Shown here: piece after piece, positions 27,773 through 34,971 of the stretch | Layout of the letters: each line of letters opens with the position of its first letter | Numbering within the stretch: position 1 is the first letter of the stretch | Source: Promethearchaeota archaeon | GTDB lineage: Archaea > Asgardarchaeota > Lokiarchaeia > Sigyniarchaeales > SOKP01 | Assembly: GCA_016840165.1 (NCBI GenBank) | Contig: JAEOSU010000085.1 | Location: 1-34,971 of the forward strand | Reading direction: 5' to 3' | Length of the DNA stretch: 34,971 nucleotides | Notes under the pieces: model-generated | Database searches by the model: none | Told to the model about the DNA's origin: nothing | The model's input: only the letters and a program-made list of their open reading frames with translations | Program-made: the position numbers and the translations under genes

Positions 27773-28381
27773 ATGACCGATGAGTATGATGATTTTATTG
27801 AGAAGATAAAAAAAATGTTAAATATTGATTCTGATCAGTTTGATATTGATTTATTTTTTATGCCAGAATCGGACATGAAATTGCCATTTAATCAAGATAA
27901 TGATAATATAAAAGGGTTTAAGGTATCTTATCACTTTAACGAAGGAATGGATAAACCAGAAATTCGATTTGAAGGAAATATCGATCGAAAAAAGTTGGGT
28001 GAATATTTAAAAAACGTAGATTTTTCTAAAAATCCCCAATTTAAGAAGTTAGTGAAGGAGAGGCAGTCCAATGTTATTGATGCGAAAGAATTATATTTAG
28101 AGCCATGTACAGAAGAAAATGAGGTATGCATAATCGAACCCTTTTCAGAAATGAATGTTAATAACGATTCTATAGAAATTATAATAGAAATGCCAGGAAT
28201 TGAGAAGGGCCATATATTAATTTCATCTCTAGAGAGTGGAAATAAAGTGAAAATAACAGCAGAAAATGAGTCACGAAAATTCTCAAAGACATTTGATTTA
28301 CCGTATAAAATTAAGATAGGGGATTATGGCATGGATGTGAATAATGGTATAACAACAATAATATTAAAAAAATCCGAATAG
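27773..28381 (+). CDS. hsp20: Archaeal small heat shock protein (Hsp20/alpha-crystallin domain)
   Basis: GFKVSY..KPEIRFEGNI N-region, EPF..IIIEMPGIEK, NNGITTIILKK; AGGTGA RBS. Confidence 0.88.
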   Translation: MTDEYDDFIEKIKKMLNIDSDQFDIDLFFMPESDMKLPFNQDNDNIKGFKVSYHFNEGMDKPEIRFEGNIDRKKLGEYLKNVDFSKNPQFKKLVKERQSNVIDAKELYLEPCTEENEVCIIEPFSEMNVNNDSIEIIIEMPGIEKGHILISSLESGNKVKITAENESRKFSKTFDLPYKIKIGDYGMDVNNGITTIILKKSE

Positions 28382-28440
28382 CTAATTTATTAAATAACCT
28401 TAAAAATATTAATATTAGAACTTAACGGTGGAAAATAAGA

Positions 28441-30762
28441 GTGAGTAAATTTACTGGTAGCTATGGAGGTCCGGAAAAAAGGCTTCGAGTGAAAGATGCG
28501 TTTAAGGAGGACGCAGGAAAAGGCAGAGTAAGAATTGATCCGAGTATTGTCTCTGAATTAGGTCTTCGAAATGGAGATGTTATTGAGATTACGCATCCTG
28601 GAACGAATATGAAAACAGCAGGGTTACTATATCCTGGTCGACAAGAGGATAAAGATTCAGGTATAATTCGGTTAGAACCGTCTCTAAGACGTAATTTAGG
28701 AGCTGCTTTGGATGATATTGTATCGATTAGAAAAATAGTTGCTGAATTAGCTCAGAAAATTACATTTGCCGGGTTAAGACAAGTTGTTTTAGCAAAAGAT
28801 GCTCAACAATTGTCAACAACCTTAGAGAATAGAGTAGTTACGAAAAATGACATTATTAGCTTTTACAATTGGAGTGGTCGTGTAGATTTGATCGTAGTAG
28901 ACTTTTATCCCAAAGTAGATGCTGTTCAGATCCATGTCGATACCGAGATCATAATGAGCGAGAAAAGTCATAAAGAACTTATTGAGATTGAAAAATCAAG
29001 GGTATCATATGAAGATATAGGTGGTTTAGAAGAGGAGATTCAGAAAATCCGAGAAATGATCGAACTTCCTATTCGTCATCCAGAGCTATTTAAAAGAATA
29101 GGGATTGATCCACCAAAAGGAGTTTTGCTTCATGGCCCTCCTGGAACTGGTAAAACTCTGCTCGCAAGAGCAGTAGCTTATGAGACTGATGCTCATTTTA
29201 TAACAATCAGTGGCCCAGAAATTATGAGTAAATTCTATGGGCAAAGTGAAGAAAATTTAAGAAAAATCTTTGATGAAGCTAAAGAAAAGTCACCCTCAAT
29301 AATTTTTATTGATGAATTAGACTCAATTGCCCCTAAAAGGGGTGAAGTGACGGGAGAAGTAGAGCGTCGAGTTGTTGCTCAGTTACTTTCTCTTATGGAT
29401 GGTCTTGAAGGAAGAGGAGAAATAATTGTGATCGGTGCGACAAATCGAGTTAATGATATAGACCCAGCATTGAGGAGACCCGGTCGTTTCGACCGTGAAA
29501 TTGAAATTGGAGTACCTGATACCGATGGACGCCATGAAATTCTACAAATCCACACTCGGGGTATGCCATTAAATAAGCAGGTTGATCTTCGATTAATTGC
29601 AGAAAGAACTCATGGCTTTGTTGGTGCTGATGTAGAAGCACTTGCAAAAGAAGCTGCAATGCTATCAATCCGAGAAATCTTACCTAAAATTGATTTAGAT
29701 AAACCAATACCCATGGAAATTTTAGATCAAATTCAAATTAAGATGGAAAATTTTCTTGATGCCCTTACAAGTATAGAACCTTCTGCACTAAGAGAGGTAT
29801 TGATTCAGCAACCTACTGAGACTTGGGAAGATGTTGGTGGTTTAGAAGATGCCATACTACAACTTAAAGAAGTTATTGAATGGCCATTAAAATATCCTGA
29901 ATTATATTCTCATTTAAAATCAAAACCCCCTAATGGAATTTTATTGTTTGGACCACCAGGTACGGGAAAAACCTTACTTGCAAAAGCATTGGCGCACGAA
30001 AGTGAAATTAATTTCATTTCGGTCAAGGGTCCAGAATTCCTATCTAAATGGGTGGGTGAAAGTGAAAAAGCTGTCCGTGAAACTTTTCGTAAAGCTAGAT
30101 CTGCCTCACCTTGTATTATATTCTTTGATGAAATTGATGCGATTGCAGGAGAGAGAGGTAGATTTGCCAGTTCACAAGTCACAGAACAAGTTGTTTCCCA
30201 ATTACTTACTGAGATGGATGGATTAGAAGGATTAAAAGATGTAATATTACTTGCTGCTACTAATCGACCTGAGCTTCTAGATGCTGCATTATTGAGATCA
30301 GGTCGATTTGGAAGGCATATCGAGATTCCAATGCCTGATATAAATGCAAGAAGAGAAATTTTCAAAATTCATCTCAAGAGCAAACCCCTTGCGGATGATG
30401 TGTCTATTGAAAGATTAGCTGAGATCTTAGATGGTTATACAGGAGCAGATATCCAAGCGATTAGTGAAGAAGCAACATTATTAACAATACGTAAAAATAT
30501 TCCTGTTGTTAATGAAAAGCTAAAAGATTTAACTGAAACACAAGCTCAACTAGAACATTTGAAATCTGATCAAGGGTCTAATTTTGATGAAATAAAAAAA
30601 TTAGAATCTGAGATTAAAGAATATAAAGAAAAAATGGTTGAAAAAGTATTCATATCAAATGAAGAATTTGAACAAGCAATTGAAAAAATCTTAAAAGATG
30701 CTGATCTAGCAAAAAGAGCACATGATCGAACATTAAAAGCGGCTGAAGAGATGTTTAGATAA
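28441..30762 (+). CDS. cdc48: Cdc48/VCP (VAT) AAA+ ATPase
   Basis: Double-psi N domain; two AAA modules (GPPGTGKT twice, [28 protein letters not shown]); C-terminal MFR. Confidence 0.97.
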   Translation: MSKFTGSYGGPEKRLRVKDAFKEDAGKGRVRIDPSIVSELGLRNGDVIEITHPGTNMKTAGLLYPGRQEDKDSGIIRLEPSLRRNLGAALDDIVSIRKIVAELAQKITFAGLRQVVLAKDAQQLSTTLENRVVTKNDIISFYNWSGRVDLIVVDFYPKVDAVQIHVDTEIIMSEKSHKELIEIEKSRVSYEDIGGLEEEIQKIREMIELPIRHPELFKRIGIDPPKGVLLHGPPGTGKTLLARAVAYETDAHFITISGPEIMSKFYGQSEENLRKIFDEAKEKSPSIIFIDELDSIAPKRGEVTGEVERRVVAQLLSLMDGLEGRGEIIVIGATNRVNDIDPALRRPGRFDREIEIGVPDTDGRHEILQIHTRGMPLNKQVDLRLIAERTHGFVGADVEALAKEAAMLSIREILPKIDLDKPIPMEILDQIQIKMENFLDALTSIEPSALREVLIQQPTETWEDVGGLEDAILQLKEVIEWPLKYPELYSHLKSKPPNGILLFGPPGTGKTLLAKALAHESEINFISVKGPEFLSKWVGESEKAVRETFRKARSASPCIIFFDEIDAIAGERGRFASSQVTEQVVSQLLTEMDGLEGLKDVILLAATNRPELLDAALLRSGRFGRHIEIPMPDINARREIFKIHLKSKPLADDVSIERLAEILDGYTGADIQAISEEATLLTIRKNIPVVNEKLKDLTETQAQLEHLKSDQGSNFDEIKKLESEIKEYKEKMVEKVFISNEEFEQAIEKILKDADLAKRAHDRTLKAAEEMFR

Positions 30763-30779
30763 TTTATTAAAACAAGTAA

Positions 30780-31610
30780 GTGATGAAAAATATGACATTA
30801 GAAAAAGAAGATAATAATATTCAATATATTGATCTAGATTCATTTTTAGAACTATTAGGAAACTCTACACGAAGATTAATCATATCGAAATTGGCTAAAG
30901 TTCCTCATTCTGCCCCTGAATTGGCTCAAGACCTGGGAATCTCAAGACAAGCGGTCCATAATCAATTAGATAAAATGACGAATGATTATAAAATTATTGA
31001 ATTAATTGATTCTGATGATACTAGAGGAGGAAAATATCGCATAAAAGGGAATGTTTCAATTAAAGTTGATATGTCTCCTAACTATTTCAACATAAAATAT
31101 TCTTCTTCAATAATTGAAAAAAAAGATTCATTGATTTTAAAAGATTTAAAATGCGCTAATGATTATTCGAAAATTAAATCTCTGAATAATAAGGTCAAAT
31201 TTTTAGGTGATGAGATTGTTAAGATTGAACAGAAACTTTCGGATATAGATGATAATCGCCAAGAGTTGATTCACCAAAAGAAATTGCTTCTTTTCGAAAT
31301 AAAAAAGCTTATGAAGGAGCAATATCGAAAGAAATTTGAAGATCTGTTAAAGGACAGAGATCTTAAAGAAAAGAGTATTATGCAAACAATAAATCAAGCT
31401 GAGGAAGTATTATTCACGATGTTTTTTAATCCCAATCGGTATTTCAACCGATTCAATGTAGATAATTTACTTGATGAATTATTTTTTCCAGGAATGGACA
31501 TACGTGAAAAAAGCGGTCGCTCGGGACCAATCAGAGATCTTCTTGAAGATATGTCACGGTTAATGGGATTCTTGCGTGAAGATGATGACGATTGGTTTTT
31601 CGATTTTTAA
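30780..31610 (+). CDS. ArsR-like wHTH regulator with coiled coil (Phr/HSR1-like heat-shock regulator candidate)
   Basis: LLGNSTRRLII..ELAQDLGISRQAVHNQL, followed by a heptad region; lies 17 nt after cdc48; start may be ATG 30792. Confidence 0.85.
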   Translation: MMKNMTLEKEDNNIQYIDLDSFLELLGNSTRRLIISKLAKVPHSAPELAQDLGISRQAVHNQLDKMTNDYKIIELIDSDDTRGGKYRIKGNVSIKVDMSPNYFNIKYSSSIIEKKDSLILKDLKCANDYSKIKSLNNKVKFLGDEIVKIEQKLSDIDDNRQELIHQKKLLLFEIKKLMKEQYRKKFEDLLKDRDLKEKSIMQTINQAEEVLFTMFFNPNRYFNRFNVDNLLDELFFPGMDIREKSGRSGPIRDLLEDMSRLMGFLREDDDDWFFDF

Positions 31611-31656
31611 TTTTTTTCATTTCTTATTTCTAATTATACAAGAGTAGAGAGAAAGA

Positions 31657-32157
31657 ATGAATTTAAATGATTTAAAGAAAATAATGCCCGAAATTTTTGA
31701 AAAAGTCAAAAGAGATGTTAGGAAAATATATAAACGACATCGAGCTGGCTTGAGTTTGGGATTAGTCGAAATGGGAATGTACCAACAAGGATTTATTGGA
31801 GGAATGCACTTTCATCCTGGTACTGAGATTGTGATGAATAAAACTCCTTTAAAGCTTATTTTGGAAACTCAACCTCCCGAAATTATTTGGGCATATACAT
31901 ATCATATTTTGCTGCATGAATATGTCCATTCGTTAGGCATTATTAATGAACGGCAATGTAGAGAAATAACATTGAAGATCACTAAAGAGAGCTTTGGAGA
32001 AATTGATCATCCTGCCATTATTTTAGCGAAAAAAGGTATAGGTGCTTATCTTCCCGACCTCAAAATGGTATATATCCCCCCCGAGCAAAAACCTGATGGA
32101 ATGATTATTGAATATGTGTATGGCTTTGATAGTGAAAGTCAAACCTATTTTTCTTAA
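31657..32157 (+). CDS. Small soluble zincin-like metallopeptidase (HEXXH)
   Basis: HILLHEYVHSLG; 166 aa; no TM segment or signal peptide. Confidence 0.75.
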   Translation: MNLNDLKKIMPEIFEKVKRDVRKIYKRHRAGLSLGLVEMGMYQQGFIGGMHFHPGTEIVMNKTPLKLILETQPPEIIWAYTYHILLHEYVHSLGIINERQCREITLKITKESFGEIDHPAIILAKKGIGAYLPDLKMVYIPPEQKPDGMIIEYVYGFDSESQTYFS

Positions 32158-32196
32158 TTATCTAAATATTTTTTGATCTTTATAGTTTTAAATTCC

Positions 32197-32535
32197 TTAT
32201 TTGCTTTTTTCTAATGACTCATTGATTCTTTTCAATTCTTGCTCTAATTCCGATTTCCTTTTTCTTTTATATTCTTCTCTTTGATTAATTGTTTCCTTAT
32301 CCAGATTAGTTAATGCATGCCTTTCTCCTTTTAGTTCTCCCATAATTGCTCGATACCCATTGCTTTTAATTTTAAGAATTTGGTATCTCTCTTTCTGTAT
32401 TTCCCTCATCTTTTCCCATATTGAACTTCTAATAAAATCAGAGCGAGATTGATAATGATTTTTTATAAATTCATTGAGTTCATCAAATTCATTTTGCGTT
32501 AACCAAAATGTAATTTGTTTTTCTTTTTTCTCCAT
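32197..32535 (-). CDS. Ribbon-helix-helix (CopG/Arc/MetJ) protein with C-terminal coiled coil
   Basis: KQITFWLT..FDELNEF..SRSDFIRSSI; charged helical C-terminus. Confidence 0.85.
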   Translation of the reverse strand: MEKKEKQITFWLTQNEFDELNEFIKNHYQSRSDFIRSSIWEKMREIQKERYQILKIKSNGYRAIMGELKGERHALTNLDKETINQREEYKRKRKSELEQELKRINESLEKSK

Positions 32536-32539
32536 AATC

Positions 32540-32594
32540 TTTATACATGCCTTATATTATTTCTATATAGAACCTATATAAAATCTATATCAAA
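32540..32594. repeat. Degenerate 11-bp tandem repeats upstream of the RHH gene
   Basis: TCTATATAGAA/CCTATATAAAA/TCTATATCAAA at 32562, 32573 and 32584; weaker in-phase copies at 32551 and 32540. Confidence 0.5.
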
Positions 32595-32781
32595 TTTAAT
32601 ATTTAAACATTTCTCTCTAAAATCTAAATAAAAATTCATCAAAATATAACGATTAATCTTATTTTAAATTAAACCATATTTTAATTAGATAATTAGCGAA
32701 AATGGAAAAGGTCTGATAAAAATTAGCTCTGAATCAAGAAAAAAGCAAACACAGGAACATGAAGACTCTATAGAAAAAAGT

Positions 32782-33795
32782 TTGGAAATTGCGCCAGATC
32801 AATTGATACTTAATTGGAATTATAAAGATGTGAAGAAAAAACTCACTTATGATATTAAAAAATGTATTGGGTGCAGTTTATGTAAACTTGTATGCCCTGT
32901 GGACGCCATTGAACTCGGACCGATTCCCGAAATCGCACAGAATATTATCAACGAATCGAACCCTAAGTTACTAATCGATTACGACAAATGTTGTTATTGC
33001 ATGTTATGTGCTATTGTCTGCCCGAATGACGCATTTCATGAAAATATCGAGCCAGAGGGACAAATAAATCTCGATGAGTATCCTTCTATTGGAATATTTT
33101 ATAAAATTGATATGAAAAATTGCATAGAAGATGAAAACAATGAAATCTGCCAATTATGCTTAAGTGTTCGGGAACGTAACAATGTAAAAGATTATTATAA
33201 AATCGCAAAGGAATGTCCTACCAAATGTTTTACAATTGACTCACCTATCAAAGGAGAAGTCATCATAAAAAAAAATATGCTCCATAAGTGTGATCCACAA
33301 GGTTGTAAAGCTTGTGTGAATATTTGCCCTGTAGAGTCATTTTTCATACCAGAAAGCGCAGAAGATGTCTTGAAGTATGGTAAAATTGCCTGTAACGAGG
33401 ATGAATGTTTTTATTGTGGAGCATGTGTGAATTCTTGTCCAGATGAGCTTATTATAGTAAAAAGAGAAAATATAACCATTAACGATCCGAAAGTTAAAGG
33501 AAATCATCCATGGATTCAAGCCTGGATTAATAACATCAAGAGAATCTTGATTGACACTCTTATTGAAAAGAAAGGAAAAGAACAATTAATAATTCCACTT
33601 ATCGAAGAAAAAATTGAAAAAGCAAAGAAAGTCGTTGAAGAAGAAATTCCACGGTTAAGTAAGGCAGAACAAAAGCAATTTAAAGAATTGAACTCTAAAA
33701 TCCAAGAGTTTTTGCACTCCTCGAAGATTCGCTACTGGATTAAAGATAAAAAAACCGATAAGATCGTAAAAGAGTTAAGAAGAAAATTAAAATAA
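32782..33795 (+). CDS. Polyferredoxin (FwdF-like 4Fe-4S protein)
   Basis: CIGCSLCKLVCP, CCYCMLCAIVCP, CDPQGCKACVNICP, CFYCGACVNSCP plus an additional Cys cluster; frame open upstream to 32689. Confidence 0.9.
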   Translation: MEIAPDQLILNWNYKDVKKKLTYDIKKCIGCSLCKLVCPVDAIELGPIPEIAQNIINESNPKLLIDYDKCCYCMLCAIVCPNDAFHENIEPEGQINLDEYPSIGIFYKIDMKNCIEDENNEICQLCLSVRERNNVKDYYKIAKECPTKCFTIDSPIKGEVIIKKNMLHKCDPQGCKACVNICPVESFFIPESAEDVLKYGKIACNEDECFYCGACVNSCPDELIIVKRENITINDPKVKGNHPWIQAWINNIKRILIDTLIEKKGKEQLIIPLIEEKIEKAKKVVEEEIPRLSKAEQKQFKELNSKIQEFLHSSKIRYWIKDKKTDKIVKELRRKLK

Positions 33796-33802
33796 AGTAT
33801 CC

Positions 33803-34582
33803 TCAAAAATCTCTTACCATTTCCTTACTCTTTATGAAATATCTTGATAAAAAGATTGAAATGATACTTGGAATAAACATCAAGGGAAATGAGATAGCTA
33901 TAAACACAATGTTCATAGAGATAGCGGGATTTATTATAAAAAAGATGTATACTATTGGAATTATCAACCAAAATAGGGCTAACATCCACTTGGTATCTAT
34001 TTTAATAAATCCTCTAAATAAATAGTTAAAATTATTTGATATTAGATAATACAAAAGAAAAAACGAGATAAACCCAGGTATGAGAAACATAGTATTTGGT
34101 ATTCCCGAAAAATTTGAAATTTGATGAATATCACCAAAATTTATTAAACCTCCGACTAAAAGATAACCAACAGAATTCATAAACGCCCAGAATCCATACC
34201 AAAACAACAAATTAAAGGGAATTAGTAACGCATATGAGTTTCTCTTCTTTTTACTTCCGATTAACATGATAATTCCTTGAGATAAAAAAGCTGCGGTTAA
34301 ACAAGTTATTATTCCTCCACTATACATCAAAATTCTTGGCAAAGGTTCTACACTGCCAAAAAAGCTCACATAGGCATAACCAAATTCTAAAGGCCATATC
34401 CATGAAACATAATAACCATGAACAATTCCACCTACTAAAGCACCTATACAACAATGACCAAGATACTCATGGGTAAATTCTGAGAGAAATTTCATAAGGA
34501 ATGAAATTACCGTAAAACTAATTAAAAAAAACATCAATTTAAACCAATTAATTTTACTTATTTTGAACTTGATATTTCTCAC
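33803..34582 (-). CDS. Polytopic membrane protein, M50-like intramembrane zinc metalloprotease
   Basis: THEYLGH in the first hydrophobic region, SGG motif, downstream GD; 6-7 TM segments. Confidence 0.7.
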   Translation of the reverse strand: MRNIKFKISKINWFKLMFFLISFTVISFLMKFLSEFTHEYLGHCCIGALVGGIVHGYYVSWIWPLEFGYAYVSFFGSVEPLPRILMYSGGIITCLTAAFLSQGIIMLIGSKKKRNSYALLIPFNLLFWYGFWAFMNSVGYLLVGGLINFGDIHQISNFSGIPNTMFLIPGFISFFLLYYLISNNFNYLFRGFIKIDTKWMLALFWLIIPIVYIFFIINPAISMNIVFIAISFPLMFIPSIISIFLSRYFIKSKEMVRDF

Positions 34583-34831
34583 CGCATTTCATATATACAA
34601 AAATGTGAAATCTAACCCATATTATTTTTTGTAAACTTAAAAATTTTAATACAGACTTAATGGAATATTCGATTTTCGATTTGTTTTTATAGTTCTTGTT
34701 AGAATTAATCATAATTACTTAATTGTTAATAATTGTACTTTTAGATGAAAATGCTAGTAAAAATTAAAATAAAACAAAAAAAGAAATCCGCAAGAAATTC
34801 AATAGAACTGTGGATACAGAGGAAAAAGGAA

Positions 34832-34971
34832 TTAGATGATGATATAGTTCAGCTTTTTCAGTTTTTCCAAAATCAACTCACATACAAAAACATAAGACTT
34901 ATCCATCCCTATTATAAAATAACTTCGAAAAATCCGGCAATGATCCTTTCCCTGATTTCTAGCATACAGGA
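34832..34971 (-). CDS. Possible 3' end of a gene running in from beyond the window
   Basis: Open frame LYARNQGKDHCRIFRSYFIIGMDKSYVFVCELILEKLKKLNYIII* (TAA at 34832-34834), followed on the minus strand by a hairpin and T-run. Confidence 0.4.
   Translation of the reverse strand, partial: LYARNQGKDHCRIFRSYFIIGMDKSYVFVCELILEKLKKLNYIII

Noticed and set aside
28-34025. Other short ORFs overlapping confident genes (e.g. 28-375, 29910-30365, 22128-22463, 10827-11192)
   Set aside because: Antisense or alternate-frame shadows of well-supported CDSs

Overview
AT-rich, gene-dense archaeal chromosomal window. The gene content points to an Asgard archaeon of the Lokiarchaeia type (inference): group II chaperonin, Cdc48, small GTPase, SDS22-like LRR protein, stand-alone 7-TM protein, and GGTGA ribosome-binding sites. 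Main blocks: (1) thermosome subunit, GTP-PEPCK and a small GTPase-wHTH fusion; (2) a tightly coupled hdrA(two FAD modules)-mvhD fusion / hdrC / hdrB / metV / metF operon followed by an Lrp regulator, i.e. a candidate electron-bifurcating methylene-tetrahydrofolate(-pterin) reductase complex; (3) a second metV-metF pair followed by a flavin disulfide reductase with an extra Cys pair and a His tail; (4) an orphan m6A methyltransferase, a radical SAM enzyme and a core-MetE-like protein; (5) an hsp20-cdc48-ArsR-HEXXH protease proteostasis cluster; (6) an RHH protein with phased 11-bp repeats, a polyferredoxin and an M50-like membrane protease. Two long intergenic regions contain serial hairpins (candidate structured RNAs), and a few genes may initiate at Ile codons. 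No rRNA, tRNA, CRISPR array or transposase was recognised. All calls come from reading motifs by eye; no searches were run.
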